A stretch of 64,000 nt of DNA from Polyangia bacterium (GTDB lineage Bacteria > Myxococcota_A > Polyangia > JAAYKL01). Below, piece by piece: positions 32,261 to 42,863 of this stretch. A program made the position numbers and the translations under genes. Position 1 is the first letter of the stretch. Every line of letters starts with the position of its first letter. Under the pieces are notes generated by a model that saw nothing but the letters and a program-made list of their open reading frames with translations, was not told the DNA's origin and did no database searches. The stretch is taken from NCBI GenBank assembly GCA_050287845.1, contig JBNKCR010000012.1, positions 1 through 64,000 of the forward strand, read 5' to 3'.

Positions 32261-32294
32261 CAGCGATCACTTCATTTCGAGACGGTCAATTTAC

Positions 32295-33572
32295 TTATTT
32301 GCCCTGGTATTCTTCGCAATTTTTAGAGCCGGCGTCCCGTTCACAGGCGATGTCGCAGGCATCGCAGTAGATGCATTGCATCCACGCCCAGTATTTGGCT
32401 TCCGTGGCAGCCCCTGCGTCATAAAAGCATTGCTCCTGAATGGAGGCCCAGTTCGGGTCACTCCATGAATCGTTAATACATTTATCCAGATTCACACAAT
32501 CCTCATCATACCGGCAGGCATCCACGGCGGCCGTGCATGGTCCACCCCAACCCGCCCATGCGAAACATGCCACTTCCCCTGCTTCGGCATCTTCCGCATA
32601 GCAGGGATTGCCTTCGCTGTTCACGTCTTCCGCTGACGTGCACATGGCGAAATCGAGAGATTCATTTTCTCCGCAGGAGATGGCACAGGCGTCACAGGCA
32701 ATGCATTTGTCAATGTTTCTATAGAGGTCCATGGTGTCAGCGGTCGCCTCTACGCTATCTTTACAATCGGCTATGCATTCTTCCCATTCCTCCCCGGTCA
32801 GACAATCCCGACCGCCATCGCAGCAGGCGTCTATCTTGCATTGATAAAATGCCGCGCAACGGTTGTCCATGAGACAGGCTTCCAGTGCCGGTTGACAGGT
32901 GAGACTTGTCAGGCCGCATCCCCAGCACTCTGTGTAGCAGTCCACATCTTCACCATCGCAACTGGTGTCACTGGTGTCGACGTCTTCTGTGTCCGTTGCA
33001 TCCGTGGCGGAGTCGGTATCCGAAGTGTCCCTGTGCGTGGCAGTATCTCCCTCAGGCACCGTATCTGACGAATCTGTGGCTGCGTCAGTGCCTGTATCAT
33101 TTGTATCCACCGCAATGTGTCCCGCGCACTGAAATACACCTTCCAGTACTGTGCAGCGCTGACCATACACCGAACAGTCGTCCCATGGCTGCCAGCCTCC
33201 GTTGACACATCGCTCCAGCATCAGGCCATTGCATCTGGAGACGCCATCGGTGCAGGCTACGCCGCCCGTATCCGATTCTGATTCTGATTCTGATTCTGAT
33301 TCTGATTCCGAGCCTGTACCCGCTTCGGCGTCGGTACCTGAGTCGGTGTCTGAATCGGTACCCGCTTCGGCACCGGTGTCGGTAGTGGTGGTTGAATCGG
33401 TGCCGGTTTCGCTGACTGTATCTGTTGGCTGCGCAATGGTACCGGTATCGGCTACCGGTTGGGTGTCGCTGGATGTATCCGCATTATCGGTGTTGTCCTG
33501 AACGTCGGTGGCATTGCCGCAAGACAGGCAAAAGAGGGCGACGACCGAAACGTGAATGATGTATCTCGACAT
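32295..33572 (-). CDS. Cys-rich lipoprotein with D/T/E/S-rich linkers, paralog A
   Basis: Lipobox CLSC; two copies of a Cys-rich module, each ending C-x2-CDAC-x3-C. Confidence 0.8.
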   Translation of the reverse strand: MSRYIIHVSVVALFCLSCGNATDVQDNTDNADTSSDTQPVADTGTIAQPTDTVSETGTDSTTTTDTGAEAGTDSDTDSGTDAEAGTGSESESESESESESDTGGVACTDGVSRCNGLMLERCVNGGWQPWDDCSVYGQRCTVLEGVFQCAGHIAVDTNDTGTDAATDSSDTVPEGDTATHRDTSDTDSATDATDTEDVDTSDTSCDGEDVDCYTECWGCGLTSLTCQPALEACLMDNRCAAFYQCKIDACCDGGRDCLTGEEWEECIADCKDSVEATADTMDLYRNIDKCIACDACAISCGENESLDFAMCTSAEDVNSEGNPCYAEDAEAGEVACFAWAGWGGPCTAAVDACRYDEDCVNLDKCINDSWSDPNWASIQEQCFYDAGAATEAKYWAWMQCIYCDACDIACERDAGSKNCEEYQGK

Positions 33573-33654
33573 TTCATGAATCCTTTCCTGAAACAGATGT
33601 ACTTATAATTGCTATAGCACGAGAGAATTCATTTGATTAGCGGAAATGACGAAT

Positions 33655-34509
33655 TCACCGGCCCATGTATTCGTCGCAACGTTTTGAACCGGCGTCCATC
33701 GCACAGGCCACACTGCAGGCATCGCAGTAGATGCATTGCATCCAGTGCCAGTAGGCTTCCTCGGCTTCGGAACCCGCCGCAGCGAAGCATTCTTCCTGAA
33801 TGACAGCCCAGTCTGCGTCAGACCATGACTCAATGATGCACCTGTCCAGTTCCTGGCAGTCATCATCCATCATGCAGATATTGGTGAATTCCGTGCATGG
33901 CCCAACCTGATTGGCCCAGGAAAAGCAGGCGACTTCCCCGGTGTCGGCATCTTCGGCGTAGCAGGGATTGTCGGGTGTGTTCATTTTCTCCGAGGTGGCG
34001 CATATGGCAAAATCCCGGGATTCGTTCTGAGCGCACGAGATGGCACAGACATCGCAGGCCACGCACATTTCGATATTGTTGTACAGTGCCAGTGTGCCTT
34101 TGGTGGTATCCGCGGCGCCGGCACAACTTGCCTTGCAGTCGTCCCATTTTTCGTCAGTCAAACAGTTTGAGCCCCCGACACAGCAGCTATCGGAGATGCA
34201 TGTAAAATATGCCGCGCAACGGGTGTCCGAGAGGCAGTCCTTCAGAGCGGGCAAACAGGAGGTACTCGATAGCGCACACCCCCAGCATTCTGCATAGCAA
34301 TCCAAATCGTCGCCATCACAATCGTTCGAGACAACTTCCTGGGTGTCGCTGTCCGTTCGGTCCCCGGCCTCTGTGCTGGTATCTGTTTTCACAGAGGCCA
34401 CCGATGATGTGCCGCTGTCTGTACCCACCACGTTCAGGACGATGGTGGAGTTGCGGCATGCGCCGCACAGCAACCCAATCATGAAAAAATACGACAAGTA
34501 TCTCGACAT
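33655..34509 (-). CDS. Cys-rich lipoprotein, paralog B
   Basis: Start MSRYL matches the paralog's MSRYI, with a similar leader (AAAGGATTC...ATGTCGAGATAC); lipobox CGAC; C-terminal ~220 aa collinear with paralog A. Confidence 0.8.
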   Translation of the reverse strand: MSRYLSYFFMIGLLCGACRNSTIVLNVVGTDSGTSSVASVKTDTSTEAGDRTDSDTQEVVSNDCDGDDLDCYAECWGCALSSTSCLPALKDCLSDTRCAAYFTCISDSCCVGGSNCLTDEKWDDCKASCAGAADTTKGTLALYNNIEMCVACDVCAISCAQNESRDFAICATSEKMNTPDNPCYAEDADTGEVACFSWANQVGPCTEFTNICMMDDDCQELDRCIIESWSDADWAVIQEECFAAAGSEAEEAYWHWMQCIYCDACSVACAMDAGSKRCDEYMGR

Positions 34510-34661
34510 CTCCCGAATCCTTTCCGCAAAATCAGTCTTGCCGGAGGGGATATTTGTTTTCTGATGATACGCTGTACCACTGATATATTTTTTACCAAAG
34601 TGTTTACCGACAGTCCTGCAGTTGTGCCCTCGGGGGCAATAAAACATTCGGGAATTTCCGT

Positions 34662-37600
34662 TCAAATCAGTTCGAGTAAATCCCTGATGTCCAGCCTGGC
34701 CACCTGGCCGGCGTCTTCGAGCAGCCCTCTGGCCAGCTCCCGTTTTTCCCCGTGAATCTGCACCACTTTTTCTTCCACCGTGCCTCTGGTCACTATTTTA
34801 TAAACGGTGACCGGGCGGGTCTGGCCGATGCGGTGGACCCGATCTGACGCCTGATCTTCCACTGCGGGATTCCACCATGGATCCAGGTGAACCACATAGT
34901 CTGCGGCGGTGAGATTGAGTCCAAACCCCCCGGCCCGCGTGCTGATTAAAAACAGATCGGACTGGCCCTTCTGGAACGCCTCAATGGCCGCAGTTCGTTT
35001 CTTCTTTGGCGTGCGACCATCCAGATACTGGAATGTGAAGCCGGCCTCTGTAACCCATTTTTTAACGATGGACAGAAACTTGACGAACTGGCTGAAAATC
35101 AGTGCCCGGTGTCCCCCTTCCTTCAGCTCGATCAGAATGTCTTTAAGACACGACAGCTTTGCGCTTTCCACCATGGACATGCCCGGTTCAATGAGCCCGG
35201 GATGGCAGGCGGCCTGTCTGAGGGTGGTCAATGCCGTGATGAGTTCCATCATCTGCGCGCTGCTTTCCGACAGTTTCAGAATGCGCCGGGCTTCTCTTCG
35301 TTTCAGTTCGTAGAATGCGGCCTCGTCTCTGGACATCTCGCAGTAGCGGACAATTTCGGTTTTCGGGGGCAGTTCATCCAGAATTTCCTCTTTGGTGCGC
35401 CGAAGCAGAAACGGCCTGGTTTGCCAGCGCAGCGCCGTAAGCGCCGTGCTGTCGCCGAACTGTTGAATCTGTTTTTCGTAGGTGTTCACAAAGAGCTTGT
35501 GGGAGCCCAGCAGTCCGGGGTTGATGAAATTGAAAATGCTCCAGTATTCGCTCAATCGGTTTTCCACCGGCGTGCCGGTGGTGACCATTTTAAAATCTGC
35601 CTGCAGTTTAAACGCTGCTCTGGCCCGTGCGCTGTCCCTGTTTTTAATGAACTGCGCTTCATCGAGCACAATGGTATCAAATTCAATTTTCGAAAGTTGG
35701 GCTCCATCCCGCTGCAGCAATCCGTAGCTGGTCACCAGTACCTGACCAGGCTTCAGCCGGTCGAGCAGCGGCTGGCGATTGGCGCCCTCGTACGCCACCA
35801 TGGGGAGGGACGGAACAAACCGTCTGCCTTCCTGCAGCCAGCCGGGAATCACCGATACCGGCGCAACCACCAGGGCGGGTTTGCCACCGGATCGTCCCCG
35901 TAACCGGTGCTGTAACAGCGCCAGGGTCTGGAGGGTTTTACCCAGGCCCATATCATCGGCGAGACAGGCCCCGAGGCCAAGTGAAGACAACCTTTGCAAC
36001 CACCGAAACCCTTCGGTCTGATAGTCCCTCAGTCTGGCCTTTACCTGCCGGGGAACCCGGGCATCCTCCGAAAGGGTGGCATCGAGTTCGGATACCTTTT
36101 TTTTCCATGACGCATTGGCGTCGAATTCGCCAGCTTCATCTGCCAGCTTCTTTACGGAAATGGCAGCGCTGTCCGGGGCGATCAGGGTGCCATCCGACTG
36201 GGCGACACCGATTCCCGAAAGGTTGGCCAGAAACCGTCGCAGTGATTTCGACAGCCGGAGAAACCGGTCCCCGCGAAATCGGAGATATTCCGGTCTGGGG
36301 CCTTCCTCCGCAGTCAGCAGCTCGGCGATATTGTAAATGTCTTTGCCTTCCACTCGAAGCTTTCCCGACAGCTCCAGCCACTTGCGTTTTCGGTTGACCA
36401 GGAGATGAAAGTCTCTGGGAAAGAGGGTCCTCGAACATTTCAGTTTGATTCCCCGGGGCCATTCCACCACAAATGGAGGAGCCCCCGGTGTGTCTTTACA
36501 GTTTTCGAGTTCGCTTAAAAACTCGATGGCGTCGCCCTCTTCGGGAAACGGATACAACCCTTCGCTGCGTTCCACGCTGTAGTATAGCCCCAGGGCCAGC
36601 AACAGGTTGTCCAGACGCTCCGACTCCTGTTTCAGGGGACGCAACGTGGTACGCTTCTGACCGTCAATGGTGGCAAATACCTGGGGGGGGCCATGCCCGG
36701 GAAAAAACGTTGGGCCATCCGGTCCCAGGGGCGCAAACAGAAACTGCGCAGACAATCCCCGCTGATAGGGCTGCATCCGAATGAGCAGTTCCAGCCGCGC
36801 ATCGACCCCCTCCGATTTCTGGCCGATTTCCGCCACGTGGGAATGCACTTCCACCACCCGGCCAATCTCAGAAATGGCTTCGGTGACCTCTACTCTGGCA
36901 TTTTGGGGAAACCGGGCGCCATTTTTACCGATAGCTTCGAGCAGCGCCATCTGGGGCGGCGAAAATCGGGTGACCAGCAACCGATTGGCATTTCGCTTTT
37001 CAATATGAAACCCCCTCTCACAGGGCGTCGATGGTGTCATGCGCACTTCAATCTGCGATTCCACTGACACCACCTCCACCTGGGGCTCAGCGGTATCAAT
37101 CTCCAGGGGAATCAGCCGGGATTCGCCAATGGTGACATGGGGATGCCCCGAAAGTAGAAACAGCGCTTCGTTGTGATTTTCGGTGTACGTATCATATGGT
37201 GTGATCTCGCACTTTTCCCACTCCTGCTCCAGAATCATCAGAATCCGCTCGTCTGTGGGAGTGAAAAACGACGTATCGGTGTCGGTGTCCAGACGCTTTT
37301 TCGGGTTGAAGTACTTCCCCCGGGTCCAGGCACCGCTCTTCTGGCGCTTCTGCACATACGCCCCTATCTGCCAGCATTCTTTCCAGTCTGACCACGTTAC
37401 CCGGAATGCGAGCCTTGCGGATTGGTCCACCGGAGCAGCGGCAGCCTCCGGGGCTTCCTTACCGATTCTCGAAATGTTGTACAGTATCAGTTTCCAGTCG
37501 GCGGCATTGTGGGAGAAGTCAAAGGTGGGCGCCGGCCAATCGTCATCATCGGCTTCAATCATCGGCGTGTCAGCGATGTGTCGCTGCAGCGCCCGAAGAT

Positions 37601-38876
37601 TGCTCAGGGTCTGGGTGTGGGGAGATGCCGCCAGCAGGCAGAACGCGTTTTCAAGCTTTTCGGCGACTTTTTCATTTTCGCGCACTGCTGCCACGTCGAA
37701 CAGGGTGGCTGCCAGAATTCCGCTGATGGACTGCGTAAGAGTGGCATGATCATCCCGCCGGAAGTGATAAATCGGCAATGGTTCAACGCGATCCGGCGAG
37801 AGCCGGGCGGACACCAGTTTTTCGAACGCCGCGAAGACCTCCTGGTAGCGTGACTTATTGGTCCGGGCGGCAGCGTCGGCCAGCAGCGTTTTCAGCTGCA
37901 CAAATGTTTCCGGCGTATCGTGTCGAAGATACGCATAAATGAGAATCTGGCCGATGACGTTGTTGAAGAAGAGTCGCTTTTTCCGCGTGATTCTGCGCAT
38001 CTCGTGCAATGCATCATTGAACAGGCTCACTGCCATCTCCACGTTGTTTTCCGAAAACGCCCGTACCGCAGCCGCTGCCCGCTGATGATAGCCGGTCATC
38101 TGGCGAATGACATCATCGACGCGGTCCATTTCGCCACTCAGCCAGCATTCTCCCACAAATAACAGCATAAGCTGCAGGGCCGATGCCCGGTCGTCATCGT
38201 TGTCCAGAACACTCAGGGGAATGCATTTCTCAATGAGGGATAACAGCGGATCAACAAAGGAATATGCCTGCCGGTGATGCCGTTGGGTCATGGTGAGCGC
38301 ATCCGGGAGATATTTGAGAAAGAAACGGCGCGGTCCGGTTGTTAAAAAAGAAAAATCGGCACTGGCACAGAGAATATCGGCCAGGGGCAGATTCTCTTCG
38401 TATCGGAAGTTCTCGATTTCCTTCAGAAACAAATCGTATGCGTGAAACATCTCAACCGGTGCATTGCTGTACAACGCGTCGCGAATCTGTCTCTGCAGCA
38501 GCCGAAGCTGATGAATGCCATACCGGCGATAGTTTTCCCGTTCATGGGCGAGGGGCGACTGCAGGTAGACATGGCATCTTCCTGACGAAACGGCGTCTCT
38601 GAGCGCGCGTTCACTGACGATCTCCGGCACGGTGATGCCGTGATAGACTTCAACAATGAATTCGCGTTCCCGCAACATGCGATAGTGGGGCGCCACATCT
38701 TTTTGCCCCATATCATTCCGGGCGAGGGTTTTCTGCAACACCGGCACCAGTTCCTGGAGAATTTTCAATCGCGATGTGGGATGATCGCAGAAAGCGATAA
38801 ATTCCAGTATGTACCGCTCCATATCCGAAAGTTGGTTGTACTGATGATGGATAGTCCGGATTTGCAGTGGCGTCAT
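34662..38876 (-). CDS. SNF2-family (DEAD/DEAH-box) helicase with long N-terminal extension
   Basis: LRDYQ, LADDMGLGKT, LDEAQ, TGTPVENR, FSQF, GGFGLNLTAAD, QASDRVHRIGQ. Confidence 0.92.
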   Translation of the reverse strand: MTPLQIRTIHHQYNQLSDMERYILEFIAFCDHPTSRLKILQELVPVLQKTLARNDMGQKDVAPHYRMLREREFIVEVYHGITVPEIVSERALRDAVSSGRCHVYLQSPLAHERENYRRYGIHQLRLLQRQIRDALYSNAPVEMFHAYDLFLKEIENFRYEENLPLADILCASADFSFLTTGPRRFFLKYLPDALTMTQRHHRQAYSFVDPLLSLIEKCIPLSVLDNDDDRASALQLMLLFVGECWLSGEMDRVDDVIRQMTGYHQRAAAAVRAFSENNVEMAVSLFNDALHEMRRITRKKRLFFNNVIGQILIYAYLRHDTPETFVQLKTLLADAAARTNKSRYQEVFAAFEKLVSARLSPDRVEPLPIYHFRRDDHATLTQSISGILAATLFDVAAVRENEKVAEKLENAFCLLAASPHTQTLSNLRALQRHIADTPMIEADDDDWPAPTFDFSHNAADWKLILYNISRIGKEAPEAAAAPVDQSARLAFRVTWSDWKECWQIGAYVQKRQKSGAWTRGKYFNPKKRLDTDTDTSFFTPTDERILMILEQEWEKCEITPYDTYTENHNEALFLLSGHPHVTIGESRLIPLEIDTAEPQVEVVSVESQIEVRMTPSTPCERGFHIEKRNANRLLVTRFSPPQMALLEAIGKNGARFPQNARVEVTEAISEIGRVVEVHSHVAEIGQKSEGVDARLELLIRMQPYQRGLSAQFLFAPLGPDGPTFFPGHGPPQVFATIDGQKRTTLRPLKQESERLDNLLLALGLYYSVERSEGLYPFPEEGDAIEFLSELENCKDTPGAPPFVVEWPRGIKLKCSRTLFPRDFHLLVNRKRKWLELSGKLRVEGKDIYNIAELLTAEEGPRPEYLRFRGDRFLRLSKSLRRFLANLSGIGVAQSDGTLIAPDSAAISVKKLADEAGEFDANASWKKKVSELDATLSEDARVPRQVKARLRDYQTEGFRWLQRLSSLGLGACLADDMGLGKTLQTLALLQHRLRGRSGGKPALVVAPVSVIPGWLQEGRRFVPSLPMVAYEGANRQPLLDRLKPGQVLVTSYGLLQRDGAQLSKIEFDTIVLDEAQFIKNRDSARARAAFKLQADFKMVTTGTPVENRLSEYWSIFNFINPGLLGSHKLFVNTYEKQIQQFGDSTALTALRWQTRPFLLRRTKEEILDELPPKTEIVRYCEMSRDEAAFYELKRREARRILKLSESSAQMMELITALTTLRQAACHPGLIEPGMSMVESAKLSCLKDILIELKEGGHRALIFSQFVKFLSIVKKWVTEAGFTFQYLDGRTPKKKRTAAIEAFQKGQSDLFLISTRAGGFGLNLTAADYVVHLDPWWNPAVEDQASDRVHRIGQTRPVTVYKIVTRGTVEEKVVQIHGEKRELARGLLEDAGQVARLDIRDLLELI

Positions 38877-38927
38877 GGGCGCAGATGTAACGTATTTGTG
38901 CCTTTTTGACCACCATGATGATTCGGC

Positions 38928-39386
38928 CTACGCGATGTATTTGGCCTGCAGTTCCCGGACGCGGTTTTCAAATCCCGTATCGTCACTGTACAGTTCAATG
39001 GGCAATTTGCGAAATCGCGTAATGGTTTCCGCTGTGGTCCGCACGACTTTTTTCACCAGGGTGTCGGCCTTGCCCAGATGAATCACCAGTTCCCGCTGCT
39101 TTTGCTGCACATCGCGGTTCAGCACTTGCAGGATTTTTCTGGCGGCTGTATCGTAGTCGGTCATATTGGACCAATCGTGAATGGTGACGAGTTCTTTGCC
39201 GGATAAAAATTGCTGGCGGTACACGCGAGCAATTTCGCTGGCAAAATCTACTGTCGCATAGCCTTCAATGCGGCTGACAATGATGGCGTCCGTTATCCAG
39301 AGCTGCAGCGTGCCCCTGTCGTTTTCAAGTACTTTTACGGGATCCCCAAACCGGTTCAATACGGGCAACAACTTCGAGTGCGTCAT
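38928..39386 (-). CDS. Small hypothetical protein, STAS/SEC14-like myxobacterial family possible
   Basis: Start MTHSK with RBS AAGGAA; HDWSNMTDYDTAAR motif; 152 aa. Confidence 0.6.
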   Translation of the reverse strand: MTHSKLLPVLNRFGDPVKVLENDRGTLQLWITDAIIVSRIEGYATVDFASEIARVYRQQFLSGKELVTIHDWSNMTDYDTAARKILQVLNRDVQQKQRELVIHLGKADTLVKKVVRTTAETITRFRKLPIELYSDDTGFENRVRELQAKYIA

Positions 39387-39510
39387 ATCAGGTTCCTTTG
39401 TCAAATATGGGCCCGTATAAATGATGAGTGAAAAAAACGGTGGTGTCAAATCCGTCGGCGATTGGCTGAACAATGGTTGGAAACAGCGCGTTTTCGAACA
39501 CGCGCCGGAA

Positions 39511-40965
39511 TCAATCGGTGCGGATGGTGATGGTGCCATTGGCAACCGGTGGTCCGAGAATGGGCATGCCATCGCTGTCCCAGCCGAGCTTCTGAACCCG
39601 CATATGACGATCGTGGTTGCTGAGCGCATCGCCATCGACCCCATCAATGAAGTCGTAGTCCCGACCGTGATAAACAAGCAGGTCAATAGTTCCTTCCGGG
39701 GATACCGAGAACATACTGTGGCCCGGCCCGTACACTTTATTTTCGGTGCTGGTCTTCATGACCGGTTCCGCCGATTTCTGCCAGGAAGCCGCATCCATCA
39801 GATTGGCGTTCTCATCCGCCCACAGCAGACCCACACAATACCTGGAATCGGTGGCGCTGGCGGAGTAGCTGATGAAAATGCGACCGTTGCGTTGAATCAC
39901 CGCCGGCCCTTCGTTCACGGCATATCGCTGTCGTTCCCAGTCATAGTCTGCACGGGTCAGACTGATTTGCTGCCCGCCGGTTTCCAGGGTCCACGGGTTC
40001 TCCATGCGGGCAATGAACACGTGGGTGCTGTAATCGCTTTCCTCCGGAAGGTCTTCGGCAAACACCAGGTAGCGGATGCCGTTGTGTTCAAATGTGGTGG
40101 CGTCCAGGGCAAAGGTTGAATTGACGGGAGTACTGATTTGCCCCTTCTCCACCCAGGTGCCTTCAATGGGATTGGCAGCGGTGTTTTCCAGCACGTAAAT
40201 CCGTATGGCCCAGACATTGTCCGTGGCGCCTGCCGCAAAGTAAATGTACCATTTGCCATCGATGTAGTGGAGTTCCGGCGCCCAGATGTGTGCCCCCATG
40301 ATGCCGCTGGTATGGCGCGACCATATGACCGTTTCCTGGGCCGTGGCCAGCCCCTGGACCGTCTCCGCGCGGCGCAGACCAATGAAATTGTACAGCGGTT
40401 CGGTGGCAATGAAATAGTAATATCCATCCGTGTGTCGATACATCCACGGGTCTGCTCTTTCCGGAATCAGCGGATTGGTGACATCAAACGATTCGGTGAT
40501 GGGACCGGTATCCGTTTCTGTTTCGGTGTCGGTATCTGTGTCGGTATCGGTATCGGTGTCGGTATCCGAGTCGGTATCGGTATCGGTGTCGGTGTCGGTG
40601 TCGGTATCCGAGTCAGTATCGGTGTCGGTGTCGGTATCGGTGTCGGTATCCGAGTCAGTATCGGTGTCGGTATCGGTATCGGTGTCGGTATCGGTATCCG
40701 AGTCGGAGTCTGAATCCATATCAGTATCGGTATCGGTATCGGTGTCCGAGTCCGAATCGGTATCCAGGTCAGTGTCTGTATCTGTATCCGAATCAGTATC
40801 GCTGTCTGAATCGGTATCAGAATCAGAATCAGAATCGGTGTCGCTGTCCGCGTCTGACTCCCCGGAGTTGCAGTCATCCCCCTCACATTCATCAGATTCC
40901 GGATCACTACCGCAACCCCAGGCTGTCCAGAGCAGGAAAAAAATAAAAAGCGCACTTCTCAACAT
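39511..40965 (-). CDS. GH43 glycoside hydrolase lipoprotein, probably alpha-L-arabinofuranosidase (GH43_26-like), with long D-T linker
   Basis: Lipobox AWGC; RADPW, HIWAPELH, LDAT, VNEGP, GPGH, YHGR motifs. Confidence 0.88.
   Translation of the reverse strand: MLRSALFIFFLLWTAWGCGSDPESDECEGDDCNSGESDADSDTDSDSDSDTDSDSDTDSDTDTDTDLDTDSDSDTDTDTDTDMDSDSDSDTDTDTDTDTDTDTDSDTDTDTDTDTDTDSDTDTDTDTDTDTDSDTDTDTDTDTDTDTETETDTGPITESFDVTNPLIPERADPWMYRHTDGYYYFIATEPLYNFIGLRRAETVQGLATAQETVIWSRHTSGIMGAHIWAPELHYIDGKWYIYFAAGATDNVWAIRIYVLENTAANPIEGTWVEKGQISTPVNSTFALDATTFEHNGIRYLVFAEDLPEESDYSTHVFIARMENPWTLETGGQQISLTRADYDWERQRYAVNEGPAVIQRNGRIFISYSASATDSRYCVGLLWADENANLMDAASWQKSAEPVMKTSTENKVYGPGHSMFSVSPEGTIDLLVYHGRDYDFIDGVDGDALSNHDRHMRVQKLGWDSDGMPILGPPVANGTITIRTD
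40507..40854 (-). repeat. Coding repeat encoding about 115 aa of (D-T/D-S)n
   Basis: TCGGTA/TCGGTG hexamer runs on the plus strand. Confidence 0.9.
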
Positions 40966-41530
40966 ACTGTCTTCTCCGATTTCTTTTCTATATCCCCCCA
41001 CATTTCCCGCGGCCGCAATCTCAACCCCACGTAGGCCAATACGAGTCATATTGGGCCCCAGACCCAGGAGTTCAGTTGCTTTGCCCGACCGTTTTGGGTC
41101 ACCAATGTACCGCGTTCCCAGTTCTGTGGGCAACTTTCAGCGAAATTGTCCGTTATTTTCCACTGCTGCATCGGTGATGGCGGAGAGTTCGGCCCATGGT
41201 GCAGGAGAATGGTTATAGTGTGAATATTTTTACATATTTTGAATTTTTAATATTTTGCTGTAATTTTGGAGTTCATAATGGTAAGATGTTTCATCTTCCG
41301 GGGACGTGTGGGGCGGATATTTCTTGATAGATTAAATGGAGTAGCGACGATATATTGAAGTGAATCAATGTGGAGTGTGTATACAGTGAAATTCCTGTGG
41401 ATGTTGAATCAGCAGGGGGCGGGGCGCCATGCAGAAGTAACTGAGAATTGTGTGGGCCCAGTCCTGAAGCGCGCGTGCATACGAGAGCGAAACCTACTGT
41501 TGAACTGGAAACTGTGCGAGGAACGATGCA

Positions 41531-42691
41531 ATGAGATGGGAACCGGACGCCCGACAGCTATATAACGAAGTGGTTCGCAATATTTCCCAACCGGTAAAAC
41601 TGATCGCTGCTCCCCCCATTCGAAAAGCGGCTGAACGGGGCGCCATGGATCAGGGACGAACGACCGTAACCAGAACAGATTTGGTGGATGGCATTTTTGA
41701 TGTGGTTCCCCAGTCCTTCAGAGCCCGGGTGGTTGCCAATCTGACGTCGCGGGGAATTGATTGCAGTAATTATCTCAACGGGAGTGTTCGACGGTTTCTG
41801 GACGGCACCGATTTAAAGCAATTTTGGGAGATGTTGATGTCGGTGGCCCGTCACACCGGAATTACAGTGGATGAAGTCAGAACCAGAGCAATTCTCGAAG
41901 CCTACAGTCAGTATTTCAGAAAGTCCCCGGTTGCCCTTCGGTTTATATCAGAGCCAACAACCGGACCATCGCTTTCTGCGCGATACCTCGAAACGGTGGG
42001 CGCCCATACCCCCGATCCACTGACCACGGCAGTGATTCGCGGATTTGTGGATGAAAACAGTTCTCCGATGTTTGCGCTCTTTGAGGAGATGAAACTGCAA
42101 TGCGATGTGCTGGGGTACGGATTGGATATGGATGTGGTGAAGGGGATAAAAATGTTCAGAGCGGTGATCTCCCCTGTTCCCATTGACTATCTTCGGATGC
42201 TGTCCCAATTGCCGGAGAGTGTGAAGTTGAATACCGAGATTTTGAAATCCCATGGGATGGCCCGCATTTTTATGATGGGATTTGATTTTGAGCGGGAATT
42301 GCTGAATTTGTATGTGCTGGTTCGTGATGCATCAAAAGTGATGCCGGTGAAACTGGCTGCAATGATGAACGATTTACAGTTGCCGGTGGCGTCGTTGACC
42401 CAGCTGGAACACTGCGGTCAGACCAAAGCTGTAGTATTCAGCTTTTCGTGGCACAGTGATAGCGTGCAACGTATCTGTTATACATCGCTGTATGCACGGG
42501 ATGCGTCCCTGCCGACCATTGTTGAACCGGCGGTGGTTCATAAACTGAAAAAAGCTGAATTCTGCAGAGAGAAAGACACCTACCTGCTTGGCACACTGTT
42601 CGACGCTACCCAGCGCTGGTTTCAGATTGAATGCGATTTCGGGGGCTCATTGTCTCAGGATTTGTTGCGGGGCGCTATGGCCGGGGTGTAG
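41531..42691 (+). CDS. ABBA-family (NphB/CloQ-like) aromatic prenyltransferase-like protein with N-terminal DUF2621/PCP_red-like helical domain
   Basis: DPLTTAVIRGF..SPM..GYGLDMDVVKGIK..LPESV..HGM..MGFDFERELLNLYV..LQLP..C..SWHSDSVQRICY aligns by eye with NphB; N-terminus MRWEPDARQL..AAE..G..VT..GID. Confidence 0.7.
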   Translation: MRWEPDARQLYNEVVRNISQPVKLIAAPPIRKAAERGAMDQGRTTVTRTDLVDGIFDVVPQSFRARVVANLTSRGIDCSNYLNGSVRRFLDGTDLKQFWEMLMSVARHTGITVDEVRTRAILEAYSQYFRKSPVALRFISEPTTGPSLSARYLETVGAHTPDPLTTAVIRGFVDENSSPMFALFEEMKLQCDVLGYGLDMDVVKGIKMFRAVISPVPIDYLRMLSQLPESVKLNTEILKSHGMARIFMMGFDFERELLNLYVLVRDASKVMPVKLAAMMNDLQLPVASLTQLEHCGQTKAVVFSFSWHSDSVQRICYTSLYARDASLPTIVEPAVVHKLKKAEFCREKDTYLLGTLFDATQRWFQIECDFGGSLSQDLLRGAMAGV

Positions 42692-42863
42692 TGTAGCGTT
42701 GCTTCGCCGAATCCGGTGACTATACTATGGTGGCATCTCGCGTTTGGTTCCCTGTCCTGCTGAATCTGGTGGCTATCCCCATTGTTTTGTCGTTCCAAAT
42801 ACGAAAAGCTGGTTATAATGGTACGATAAGTCGGCAAAGCAGACCGAAGAAACGGGGCATACA

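Noticed and set aside
32295..34509. Diversity-generating retroelement template/variable repeat pair
   Set aside because: Both copies are coding paralogs, differences are not adenine-specific, and no reverse transcriptase is present
34662..38876. SNF2 helicase as part of an anti-phage system
   Set aside because: No methyltransferase, nuclease or other defence partner is adjacent; it looks like a stand-alone SNF2 protein
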